Below, piece by piece: positions 24,000 to 36,244 of a stretch of 64,000 nucleotides of DNA (positions are counted from its first letter, which is position 1; each line of letters begins with the position of its first letter). Source of the stretch: Scyliorhinus canicula. Lineage: Eukaryota. Under the pieces are notes generated by a model that saw only the letters and a list, made by a program, of their open reading frames with translations, made no database searches and had not been told where the DNA came from. The DNA lies in assembly GCF_902713615.1 (NCBI RefSeq), contig NC_052157.1:61654146-61718145 (forward strand). The letters are read 5' to 3'. The translations under genes and the position numbers were made by a program.

Positions 24000-25095
24000 T
24001 CTTCCAGCTTTCATCCATTTTGATCGGAAAAATGGAAAGGCAACTTATCTAAATGGGGAGAGACTTTGGGTGCTCCAATGCAGAGGGATCTGGGTGTCCT
24101 TGTTTATGCATCACAGAAAACTAGCTTTTATAGCTGAAGAAATAGAGTATAAAGGTAAGGAAGTGTTGTTGCAACTTTACAAGGCATTGGTGAGACATGG
24201 AGCATTGTGCACAGTTTTGGTCCCATTAATTGCGTAAAGATGTAGTGGCATTGGAGGCAGTTCAGAGGAGGTTCACTCGATTGATTCTAGAGATGGGCAG
24301 CATAGTAGCATAGTGATTAGCAAAGTTGCTTCACAGCTCCAGGGTCCCAGGTTCGATTCCTGGCTTGGGTCACTGTCTGTGCGGAGTCTGCACGTTCTCT
24401 CCGTATCTGCGTGGGTTTCCTCTGTGTGCTCCGGTTTCCTCCCACAGTCCAAAGATGTGCGGGTTAGGTAGATTGGCCATGTTAAATTGCCCTTAGTGTC
24501 TAAAAAATGTTAAGTGGGGGTTACTGGGTTACGGGGATAGGGTAGATACATGAGCTTCAGTAGGGTGCTCTTTGTAAGGGCAGGTGCAGACTCGATGGGC
24601 CGAATGGCCGCCTTCTGCACTGTAAATTCTATGTGATTCTGTGAGATGAAGGATTTGATTTAAGAAGAGAGATTAAGCAGTTTAGGCCTATACTCGAGTT
24701 ATGAAGAATGAAGGGAGGTTAAATTGAGATATATAGGGTGTGATAAGGTAGACATGGAGCAGATTCTTCCTCTTGTGGGGCATTCTAGAAACATCTAGGT
24801 CATAGTCTCAGGGTAAGGGGGAGCAAACTAAAACAGAGATGAGGAGAAAGTACTTCTCACAAAGGGTTTTGAATCTGTGCAATTTGCTTCCCCAGTTTGC
24901 CGTGCAAGTTGGGAAAGTGAATAAATTTAAGGAAAGGACAGACAGATTTTTAATTCGCAATGGGTTGAAGGGTAATGGAGAACGGGCAGGACAATGGAGT
25001 TGAGGGCATGATGCGATCAGTCATGATCGTATTGAACGATTGAGCAGGCTTGAGAGGCTAAATTATCTACTCCTCCTCTTAGCTCTCATGTTCTT
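24000..25095 (+). mobile_element. CR1 LINE 3' fragment with nested HE1-like SINE (~24295-24635)
   Basis: QRDLGV, LQLYKALV.., VQRRFTR remnants and a CR1 tail. Confidence 0.75.
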
Positions 25096-26855
25096 ATTGT
25101 TACATCACCCTGGGTGAGTTCACGGTCAATTCCAGCCCACAGACCCCGGCGTCCCAACATAAGTGAATTAACCAATAATTTGCGCTTTCTGAAGACCGTT
25201 AACCCTTCACTGGTCCAATGAGTTACAGACACCAGATTTATAAGTAAAACAGGAACAAAATATTTATGAATAAAAAGGAGAAAAGAGGAACATAAATAAG
25301 GCAACAACAGGACAGCCGTCTCCCAGTTTACCCAATCCCAAGATTCCTTCCCACCCTCTACCCAGATACACACAAGATAGACACAGGGCAAGGGTCGGCG
25401 GGGAATTAAATAAAATAGGGATTAAAGAGGTAGGTTTTGAAATGAGACTTCACTGCTGTGGTTGCAGTCTCTGGGAAATAGGTTTACTTGAGAGGTTCAG
25501 GTTGGCGCAATTCTGACCTTCGACCACCAGATGGCGCTTCACCTAAGAATTCTCGGTCGATGTGATCCCACTCTTTTTTTATTTTTAAAATCTTTTTATT
25601 GTCACAAGTATGCTTACATTAACACTGCAATGAAGTTACTGTGAAAAACTTTCATCCCCACATTCTGGCGCCTGTTCGAGTACACAGAGGGAGAATTCAC
25701 AATGCCCAATTCACCTAACAGCACGTCTGTGGGAGGAAACCAGAGCACCCGGAGGAAACCCACACACTCACGGGGAGAACATGCAGACTCTGCACAGACA
25801 GTGACCCAAGCCGGGAATCGAACCTGGGACCCTGGAGCTGTGAAGCCATAGTGCTAACCACTATGCTACCGTGCTGCCTATCTTTAGCCATCAGGTGGAG
25901 CAAAGGCCGGGGAGTTCAGATCAGTGCCATTCTCATTGTCGGCCACCAGACGGTGCTGTACACAGGATGTTCAGATCGATGCACTTCTGCCTTTCTACCC
26001 CCAGATGGAACTTTCACCTCCCTGCGAGGACAATACAGCTCTGATCCTGGAATTTAGCAGTTTTGATTGGCCTGATTCCTGTACAACACTGGCGGTTTTA
26101 TCGCAAATGCTGCGACTTAAAGCTTTAATTCTTCAGCACTTCCCAGCCTTTGACACACACATTTAAAGGTTGCTGATCTGTGGGAAAACTTGTATTTTTA
26201 CCACTCAAGTTCTCTTTCCCAGTTCTGTTGGCTGTCTTTGCTCCTTTCACAGATTTGCCTCGGATGCTTTTAAAATCGACCTGCAGAGAGAGGTAAGAGA
26301 GAGGCAGTCCTCAGGATGCTTGCTCGTTGGCTTCTTAACAGGACTGAGCAAAAGATAGCACTCTCCAGAAGACCCGCCTGTGATGAGATGCCGATGTGTT
26401 ATATAATAGTTGGATGGTGTGAGACCTCCAACCAGCAGGTGGTGGTACAGATACACCATGCTGTCTTCAGACCAAGGTCATGTGACCTGGGACCCGGATA
26501 TAAAGGGAGACACATCCAGCCATCTTCAGAAGAAGATTGAGAGGTTACTAAGACGTGCGTGTGATTGGCCAGTGCGATGTAAGTTCCAGAGGACTAGCAA
26601 TACTCCATGATAACGTGCTCTGTATCAGATTGCCATCTTACCACAAGACACAATAAAAGGATCCTGGTTTGGACATATCGAAATGTTTGGTGAGTTACTT
26701 CATAAAGTACAAGGGACCAAACACAACATGGTACCACGAGTGCTGAAGATTTGAAATGGCAATGGCAGTGACAATGTTAGGCAATCGGCTTGAAGACTGG
26801 TCTGGTGAACTGCAACCTGAGGCAACCCAACGTTAAAAAAATACTGAAGTTTGAG

Positions 26856-28270
26856 ATGGACGGACTGAGGGCCCCCCACCAGCTTCAGATGTCCAGTAAC
26901 GTAAGTGAGAACAGGCGGCTGTTCAAATAGCAATTCGAACTTTGTTTCGGCTGTCAGACTGCAGGCCCAGCCTGATGAAAGGCTAATGAACTGGCAAATC
27001 TGGCAGTTTCACTCCAATCACTCAAACTTATAACTCGTTTGTCTTTGAACGTGACGGGTGTCAGAAAAATTCTGATGAAGTTCCAAAGCGCTTTGAGCAG
27101 CATTGTCCCCCCCAAGAAGAATGAAACTTTTGAAAGCTACATGATTTATATGCGTCCCCAGAGACCTGGCGAATCATTTGACAGTTTTGTCACAGACTTG
27201 AGGCTGAACGCCCAGTCATGCAACTTCGGGGACTTAAAATTTGCCTTAATCCACAACCAAATTGTCTTTAGTTTGCTTGATAATAAGCATAAGGTGATAT
27301 TATTGCGGGAGGAAGCTTTGGTATTGGAACAGGCAGTGAAGATTTGCCAGGCGAGCGAGATTGCTGCACAAAGAGTCGGCGCACTCTGCTCAAAAGGTTT
27401 TGGTGTCAACGTGGATGAAGATGCCAGTGTCATTCGTGCTGTGACGCACATCATAAAGAAACATGGTCTCAGTCCGGTGGCCATTTTAAGCAGCCGATCA
27501 GAGCCGCCGCCATCTTGTGCCAAAAATGTGGCACTCGACATCCTCCAGGGCAATGTCTGGCCTATGGAAAAGTTTGTTCCAGGTGCGGTGAGACTTTGCT
27601 GATCGGTCAGGGATCAAGATAGACTTCGGCACAAGACTCTAGAGACCTTGTATCTTTGCAAATTAGTGGGGCAGCACGGTAGCACAGTGGGTAGCACTGT
27701 TGCTTCACAGCGCTAGGGTCCCAGGTTCGATTCCCGGCTTGGGTCACTGTCTGTGTGGAGTCTGCACTTTTTCCCCGTGTCTGCGTGGGTTTCCTTCAGG
27801 TGCTCCGGTTTCCTCCCCAAGTTCCGAAAAATGTGCTGTTCAGTGAATTGGCCATTCTGAATTCTCCCTCAGTGTACCTGAACAGATGCCGGAATGTGGT
27901 GACTCGGGGCCATTCACAGTAAATTCATTGCAGTGTCAGCCTACTTGTGGCAATAAAGATTATGAAAATCGTTTATTGTCACAAGTAGGCTTTAAATGAA
28001 GTTACTGTGAAAAGCCCCTAGTCGTCACATTCCGGCACCTGTCCGGGGAGGCTGGTACGGGAATTGAACCGTGCTGCTGGCCTGCCTTGGTCTGCTTTAA
28101 AAGCCAGTGATTTAGCCCAGTGTGCTAAACCAGCACATATTATGGTGTTCTCAGTGGCAGGTATAAAGTACACAATACTCTTTCATTTTGTAGATTTGGA
28201 TGTGGACTTAGTCATTGGTATGAAATCGTGTGAATCCTTGAATATAATCGAGCGGATAAATCTCCTCGGA
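26856..28270 (+). pseudogene. Decayed gag and protease C-terminus of the composite element (with SINE insertions at 27667-28136)
   Basis: MDGLRP..QLQMSSNVSE, KNETFESY..QRPGESFDSFVTDLRLNAQSCNFGDL, C..CGTRH; ..LFHFVD..VIGMKSCESLNIIERI resembles the end of a Gypsy protease. Confidence 0.75.
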
Positions 28271-28279
28271 GACAGCTGG

Positions 28280-29977
28280 TCACCTGAGCACAGTGAATCA
28301 CTGTGTGCACAGTGCATCACGGTGAGCACAGTGCATCACGGTGAGCACAGTGAATCACTGTGTGCACAGTGCATTACGGTGTGCACAGTGCATCACGGTG
28401 TGCACAGTGCATTACGGTGTGCACAGTGAATCACTGTGTACACAGTGCATTACGGTGTGCACAGTGCATCACGGTGTGCACAGTGCATTACGGTGTGCAC
28501 AGTGAATGACTGTGCACAGTGAATCACTGTGTGCACAGTGCATTACGGTGTGCACAGTGCATCACGGTGTGCACAGTGCATTACGGTGAGCACAGTGAAT
28601 CACGGTGTGCACAGTGCATTACGGTGTGCACAGTGAATCACTGTGTGCACAGTGCATTACGGTGTGCACAGTGCATTACGGTGGGCACAGTGCATCACGG
28701 TGTGCACAGTGCATTACGGTGAGCACAGTGAATCACTGTGTACACAGTGCATTACGGTGTGCACAGTGAATGACTGTGTGCACAGTGCATTACGGTGTGC
28801 ACAGTGAATCACTGTGTGCACAGTGCATCACGGTGTGCACAGTGAATCACTGTGTGCACAGTGCATCACGGTGTGCATAGTGAATGACTGTGTGCACAGT
28901 GCATTACGGTGTGCACAGTGAATGACTGTGTGCACAGTGCATTACGGTGTGCACAGTGCATCACGGTGTGCACAATGCATCACGGTGTGCACAGTGCATC
29001 ACGGTGAGCACAGTGAATCACTGTGTGCACAGTGCATTACGGTGTGCACAGTGAATCACTGTGTGCACAGTGCATTACGGTGAGCACAGTGAATCACTGT
29101 GTGCACAGTGCATTACGGTGTGCACAGTGAATCACTGTGTGCAGTGCATTACGGTGTGCACAGTGCATCACGGTGAGCACAGTGAATCACTGTGTGCACA
29201 GTGCATTACGGTGTGCACAGTGCATCACGGTGTGCACAGTGCATTACGGTGAGCACAGTGAATCACGGTGTGGACAGTGCATTACGGTGTGCACAGTGAA
29301 TCACTGTGTGCACAGTGCATTACGGTGTGCACAGTGCATCACGGTGTGCACAGTGCATTACGGTGAGCACAGTGAATCACTGTGTACACAGTGCATTACG
29401 GTGTGCACAGTGAATGACTGTGTGCACAGTGCATCACGGTGTGCACAGTGAATCACTGTGTGCACAGTGCATCACGGTGTGCATAGTGAATGACTGTGTG
29501 CACAGTGCATTACGGTGTGCACAGTGAATGACTGTGTGCACAGTGCATTACGGTGTGCACAGTGCATCACGGTGTGCACAATGCATCACGGTGTGCACAG
29601 TGCATCACGGTGAGCACAGTGAATCACTGTGTGCACAGTGCATTACGGTGTGCACAGTGAATCACTGTGTGCACAGTGCATTACGGTGAGCACAGTGAAT
29701 CACTGTGTGCACAGTGCATTACGGTGTGCACAGTGAATCACTGTGTGCACAGTGCATTACGGTGTGCACATTGAATCACGGTGTGCATAGTGCATTACGG
29801 TGTGCACAGTGAATCACTGTGTGCACAGTGCATTACGGTGTGCACAGTGAATCACTGTGTGCACAGTGCATTACGGTGTGCACAGTGCATTACGGTGAGC
29901 ACAGTGAATCACTGTGTGCACAGTGCATTACGGTGTGCACAGTGAATCACTGTGTGCACAGTGCATTACGGTGTGCA
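28280..29977. repeat. 1.7-kb minisatellite of ~19-bp variant units (GTGCACAGTGCATTACGGT / GTGCACAGTGAATCACTGT)
   Basis: Direct reading; units interleave and contain the near-palindrome CACTGT(GT)GCACAGTG. Confidence 0.95.
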
Positions 29978-30590
29978 GTGTATGAGGATTCAGATGAAAT
30001 CCCAGTGGAATATGACAAACGAGGCACAGCGACGGAACTGCCAGCGAGCATTCCTCAATTCTGGTTAACAGTCTTGAAGAACGTGAATAGACTCAATGGC
30101 ATGATATGAGGATATGATGAACCCGTATTAAAGCATCTGTGAGATGTGAGTGTTAAATGGACAGAGATTGACAAGCCATGGAGCTTCACTCATGACTCAC
30201 GACCACTGAAATCATGTGTGGATGAGCCGCAGATCATCGGCTGCATTGGCTGCACAATTGATTGGAGAGGGGGAAAACATGTAGCAGTACAAACAATTCA
30301 AACAAAACCAAAATACAGAGGTCGGACCGATCCATGAACCATGACCGATCCATGAACAGTGACAAGACCCATATCCAAGGAATCGTTCTTCAACTTCTTT
30401 GGCGGTCAAATAAAAGACTGATTTTGAATTTGGCGCAGTTTCAAAAACAATTAATTCCGTATGCAAAGTCATATTTTTCAGGTGAAAAGACTGACGATGA
30501 TACTGAATCCAAGGCCGACTACTATGAAAATCTGTTTGAGATTACTGACGATGGTGAAGGTGAGACGGATGAGGAACACTATGAGCTGCT
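29978..30590 (+). pseudogene. Intronless NAP1-like (nucleosome assembly protein 1 family) sequence with stops, a deletion and frameshifts
   Basis: SIPQFWLTVLKNV..MI*GYDEPVLKHL*DV.VK, IIGCIGCTIDWRGGKHV, TVTRPISKESFFNFF, DFEFG..QLIPYAKSYFSGE and an acidic tail are collinear with NAP1L1/L4 motifs (GIPEFWLTVFKNV, EHDEPILKHL, GCTGCQIDWKKGKNV, DSFFNFF, DFEIG, YFTGE). Confidence 0.85.
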
Positions 30591-30675
30591 TGTACAAGCC
30601 TTCTCCAGCGGCACAGATGAGGCTCCAGTGGCACGGCTCCAGTGGTCGGCAAGCAATGACAAGGTGGTCACAGGG

Positions 30676-32365
30676 AACATACAGGGTGAGATTCTTAATG
30701 AGTACTTTGCATCGGTATTCACCAAGGAGAGGGACAAGACGGATGTTGAGGCTAGGGATGGATGTTTAAATACCCTTGGTCAAGTTGCCATACGGAAGGG
30801 GGACGTTTTGGGTATTCTAAAAGACATTAAGGTGGACAAGTCCCCAGGTTACTGAGGGAAGCGAGGGTCGAAATAGCTCGGGCCTTAACAGATATCTTTG
30901 CAGCATCCTTGAGCACGGGTGAGGTCCTGGAGGACTGGAGAATTGCTAATGTTGTCCCTTTGTTTAAGAAGGGTAGCAGGGATAATCCAGGGAATTATAG
31001 ACCTGTGAGCTTGACGTCAGTGGTAGGCAAACTGTTGGAGAAGATACTGAGGGATAGGATCTATTCATATCTGGAAGAAAATAGACTTATCAGTGATAGG
31101 CAGCATGGTTTTGTGCAGAGAAGGTCATGTCTTACAAACCTAATAGAATTCTTTGAGGAAGTGACAAAGTTAATTGATGAGGGAAGGGCTGTAGATGTCG
31201 TATACATGGACTTTAGTAAGGCGTTTGATAAGGTTTCCCATGGCAGGTTGATGGAAAAAGTGAAGTCGTATGGGGTTCAGGGTGTACTAGCTAGATGGAT
31301 AAAGAACTGGCTGGGCAACAGGAGACAGAGAGTAGTGGTGGAAGGGAGCGTCTCAAAATGGAGAAGGGTGATTAGTGGTGTTCCACAGGGATCCGTGCTC
31401 GGACCACTGTTGTTTGTGATCTACATAAATAACCTGGAGGAAGGTATAGGTGGTCTGATTAGCAAGTTTGCAGATGATACTAAGATTGGTGGAGTTGCAG
31501 ATAGCGAGGAGGACTGTCAGAGAATACAACAAAATATAGATAGATTGGAGAGTTGGGCAGATAAATGGCAGATGGAGTTCAATCCAGGCAAATGCGAGGT
31601 GATGCATTTTGGAAGATCAAATTCAAGAGCGGACTATATGGTCAATGGAAGGGTCTTGGGGAAAATTGATGTGCAGAGAGATCTGGGAGTTCAAGTCCAT
31701 TGTACCCTGAAGGTGGCAACGCAGGTTGATAGAGTGGTCAAGAAGGCATACAGCATGCTTGCCTTCATCGGACGGGGTATTGAGTACAAGAGTTGGCAGG
31801 TCATGTTACAGTTGTATAGGACTTTGGTTCGGCCACATTTGGAATACTGCATGCAGTTCTGGTCGCCACATTACCAGAAGGATGTGGATGCCTTGGGTGC
31901 AGAGGAGGTTCACCAGGATGTTGCCTGGTATGGAGGGTGCTAGCTATGAAGAAAGGTTGAGTAGATTAGGATTGTTTTCATTGGAAAGACGGAGGTTGAG
32001 GGGGGACCTGATTGAAGTCTACAAAATTATGAAAGGTATGGACAGGGTGGATAGCAACAAGCTTTTCCCAAGAGTGGGGGTGTCAGTTACAAGGGGTCAC
32101 GATTTCAAAGTGAGAGGGGGAAAGTTTAAGGGAGATGTGCGTGGAAAGTTTTTTACGCAGAGGGTGGTGGGTGCCTGGAACGCTTTACCAGCGGAGGTGG
32201 TTGAGGCGGGCACGATAGCATCATTTAAGAGGCATCTAGACAGGTATATGAATGGGCGGGAACAGAGGGAAGTAGACCTTGGAAAATAGGAGACAGGTTT
32301 AGATAAAGGATCTGGATCGACGCAGGCTGGGAGGGCCGAAGGGCCTGTTCCTGTGCTGTAATTTT
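30676..32365 (+). mobile_element. 5'-truncated CR1 LINE (RT) inserted in the NAP1-like tail
   Basis: ORFs 30909..31943 and 31726..32289 (NYRPVSLTS, YMDFSKAFD, GVPQGSVLGP, KFADDTK) and a (TTCTTTG)n tail. Confidence 0.95.
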
Positions 32366-35300
32366 CTTTGTTCTTTGTATACCAGACCCCGCTGGACTCT
32401 GTGGAGTGTGGGAGTTTGGAGATGGCGAGCTCTACGATGTCTCCCTGCTAGCTCCCAGCAAAATGGAGAATCTGTGGCCATTTGACGCCAGTTTCCCTGG
32501 TGTGAAAGACCACAGTTTTCACAACGGTGTGGGGACTTAGACCCAAAACCGGAGAATCCAGCCCCACATACCTCTGAGGGCAGCATTTCCAAGATCGGTA
32601 CAATTTCTTGCGCCTTTGGTTCCCTCAATAGCCGATCTTCAGCAGTATCAGCAGCCTTGAATTCTACATGCGACATCTCCAAACTCTCGCTCTCCACAGA
32701 ATCCAGCGCGGTCTGGGCGTCCCCCGTGACCACTTCGTCATTGCTGCCAGAACACTGGAGCCTCATCCGTGCTGCTGGAGAAAATCGGGAATTCAGCCGG
32801 TTTTCGGGGGGGGCAAAGAATTTTAAAACCGGCGCCGCTCCCGATTTCGGCACCAAAAGGATTCTCTTTGGGGAATCCAGCCCCAATGTCCCGCCACGAG
32901 TCCTTGAAACAGCTCCAGTAATTTACTCCCAGGCAGTCTGCTTGGGAGTAAATGACGAGTGGGAGGATATAGATGAAGATGCTGATTGCAGCGTTGTGGG
33001 GGTTGCAATATGAGGCGACTCTGACACTGACTCCGAGAATGGCCTAATGACCATCTCATTATGCAGCTCCTTGGACCACTGACACATTTGCGAGTTCGAT
33101 CTGGAAGACCCAGGGCTTGGATCAGCTAAGCCAGACACTATAGTCATCTGCAGTGATGACAAGCAAGTCACCAATGCTCCAGCCTCCGTTTCTGCACTAG
33201 TAACCAAGGTGATCCAGCATGTTGATGAGGCCGCAGAAATGGGCGTTCTCACACCAAACAGAGATCCAGAAACGCCGAGACCTCTTCGGATACCTCACCA
33301 CATGACAACAGCCAGTGCCACACCAGAGGCTGTTACAAAGAAGACAACCAAGAGACACACTAGAATACTTCAACGTGTCCAGAAAGTGAAAAAGTAAAGG
33401 AAAAGACTGGGATGACCACCGCATCCCGCCAGCCAACCAGTATCGAAAGCACTGGCAGGTAACAAGCAGCAACATGCCAGAAAACGAAAGAGAAAGTGAC
33501 TGGTAACGCAAATCTAGCAGTCTTGGACACAGGCCTTTCAAAAGCACAGGGCGAAGCGTAAGAAAAGCAAGCAACCGATAAGCAAGCCAGATTCTGCGGA
33601 GGTGAGAACCAACTTGAAACAATGGCATCTACGTAGAATGCAAATGGACACTTTTTGTAAAAACTTGTTCACTGTACCAGCTGCATACCAGATCTATATA
33701 AAATGTAATGTGTAACGTTGCCTGTAAAAATAATTTAATATAAATGTTAGATGGATTGACCATGCTAAATTGCCCGTCGTGTCCTAAAAAGTAAGGTTAA
33801 GGGGGGGGTTTGTTGGGTTACAGGTATAGGGTGGATACGTGGGTTTGAGTAGGGTGATCATTGCTCGGCACAACATCGAGGGCCGAAGGGCCTGTTCTGT
33901 GCTGTACTGTTCTATGTTCTATGTTCTATGTTTTGTGAGGAAGTAGGAATGTGGTGATATGCCTACGGGCAATATCATAGTTGGAAGGTGTGCGGCCTTT
34001 AACCAGCAGGTGGCGGTACAGACACACCATGCAGTCTATAGACCAAGGTCATGTGACCTGGGACCCAGATAGAAAGGGAGGTACATCTGGCCATCTTCAG
34101 AAGAGGTTTGAGAGGTTAATAAGACATACATGTAATTGGTCAGTGCTAGGTGTAAGTTCCAGAGGAGTAGCAAGACTCCACGATAATGTGGTTTGAATCA
34201 GATTGCCATCTTACCACACGAGGCACAATAAAAGGATTCTGGTTTGGACATATCAAAGTGTTTGGTGAATTAATTCATAAAGTACAAGGGGCCAAACACA
34301 ACACCGCCTTCTTCCCTGAAGGCTCCTGACTAGCTTCACCAACCTCAGGCCTGACAGTAGAAGGTTGAAAGTCCTATTTGCACTGATTGCCTGCTTGCCA
34401 AGTCTCTCAAACAACATCACAGATTCTGCCACAGTAGCCAAAGGGGATGTTTTTGGACCAGCCCATCTGAAAGGGGGTTTGTCCCAGTGTCCAAAGACTA
34501 CAATTTAAACAGAAAACCCAAAGGCTGCAGTAACTTAGCAGCAGCCAGCCCCGAAGAATGTATATCACAACAGGCAGCAGGATGGGCATGAAAAGAGAAC
34601 ACAGGACAGACAGACAATATCCAAACATTATGCTCTGAGAAGGAACAATTCTGTCTAATTCCACCTTCCAGCTCTTGGTCTGCAGTCCTATAGGTAACAG
34701 CACCTCAAGCACAAATTTGGTGTTCTTGACTAATAAGCAAATTTCTTGATTAATGAGGGGATCAGGGGTTATGGGGAGAAGGCAGGAGAATGGGGATGAG
34801 AAAAATATCAACCATGATCGAATGATGGAGCAGTAACGATGGGCCGAATGGTGTAATTCTTCTCCTGTCTTATGATCTTATGGTCCTTCCATCTCTGCAT
34901 ATCTGTTCACATGTGTCTTGTCTAAATAGGTGAACCCACAACATATTTACACAATCCCTGATGAGTGACTGATGCCCTTATATCATTATAAAAACACAAG
35001 ATAATGTTAAGCGGTTGTCAAACATCCTGGCAGTAAGATTCAGTACAAGTACGACATGGTGAACAGCCTTAGATCATGCTACATGGTATGAGACCACACT
35101 TGATATTTTTCTCAGACCACAATAGAGTCGCAGTGTCAGAGAGTGTTGAAATCGTAGCCTGCTGATTGGGCAGGAAATCTTTGAAAATAGAAACATGGAC
35201 ATAAAGCGATTGGCAATTTAAAACATGACAGTGATGTACACAATGAGGTGACGAGTGTTGATTAATATTTCACTTTACACAAATGTCCTGAAATTAATTG

Positions 35301-35673
35301 AGTACTATAACCCATAATGATCTCTCGAGGCACTTCAAAGTAACAAAAAATATCAGAGTTTGTTCAACGGTTGTGCTTCACAGTTATGATGCAATTGTTG
35401 AAAAATTTCACATTTCAAACTGTTGATCTCATGGAACACGTAGATACAGTCACACCTTCCGAAGTGTTAGCCAAGATTGGTATTATCTGCCCTCAGACAG
35501 CTGACAAGTTCTGGTCATTGGCCACGATCGACGCAGGGAAAGAGCTAACACACAACTCCTGTGAATTCTAAAAGACATGGAAGGCCATGACAAAACCGAC
35601 TGCTGTGAAACTTTCATTGTACAATGGTTCACTGATTCCATTTGCACGTTCCACAGTCCTGGATTGCAAGTAT

Positions 35674-36241
35674 TGTTATGGGCCAGGGTTTAGAGAACTC
35701 CAAAGTATATTATGGAGATCACCTGACCAACGATTTTTACTAGATTATGGTATGGGGAGCACACAGCCCACTCTCCAGGTGTGGTGCAACAGAAATCTAA
35801 AAGTATTTTTTTAAAGCAAAACAATGTTTATTCTATGAACTCAGTTAACCTTTTTAAAACATACAGTGACCATCAAATCAAATACAACCCCCAAGAGTAC
35901 AACACTCTAAGTAATCCATAAACGTTCCTTTTAACATCCAGAAGACAAAAACCCTTTTTACAGAAACACATCAGGTTTAAATTCTCTACTGAGAGCTGTT
36001 ATCACTCTGAATTCACTAAATGATCTAGAGATAGTCTTTAGATGGCAGGGAGATCAAAATTACACCTGTTTTGGCTGGCTGCAGCTCCAACACTGAAACG
36101 TAACTAAAAAACACAGACACACCCAAGCTTTTCCTCAAAGCAAAACTAAAAAGCAGAGCCAGAGCTCAGCTCCACCCACACTCTGACATCACTGCAGCCA
36201 CTTGAGCAGACAAACATTCTTAAAGTGACATTCCCATGACA
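35674..36241 (-). mobile_element. Solo LTR with 4-bp TSD (GTAT)
   Basis: TGTTATGG...CCATGACA termini; GTAT at 35670-35673 and 36242-36245; a fragment of the same family lies at ~58581-58651. Orientation is inferred. Confidence 0.7.
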
Positions 36242-36244
36242 GTA

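Larger units (their letters stand above)
26379..34303 (+). mobile_element. Composite Gypsy-type LTR element: 5' LTR 26379-26728, PBS 26729-26742, gag-pro remnant, cargo, PPT 33937-33949, 3' LTR 33950-34303, CCGCC TSD
   Basis: Two alignable ~350-bp TG..CA LTRs; TGGTACCACGAGTG (Leu-TAA-like PBS); GAGGAAGTAGGAA PPT; CCGCC at 26374-26378 and 34304-34308. Confidence 0.85.
25098..34572. mobile_element. LTR-like host sequence (25098-26378 and 34304-34572) split by the NAP1-carrying element; SINE at 25570-25878
   Basis: TGTT...AACA termini; non-coding; its own TSD was not confirmed. Confidence 0.4.

Noticed and set aside
28280-29977. Repeat array as CRISPR or as a Cys/His-rich protein gene
   Set aside because: There are no unique spacers and no cas genes, and the context is eukaryotic. 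The open frames follow from a stop-poor repeat unit.
30909-32289. 344-aa and 187-aa ORFs as host genes
   Set aside because: They are CR1 reverse transcriptase split by a frameshift, 5'-truncated.
34573-34590. GGCAGCAGGATGG as a degenerate iMet PBS making 25098-34572 a 5' LTR
   Set aside because: The match is poor, there is no TSD, and no gag is recognisable downstream.
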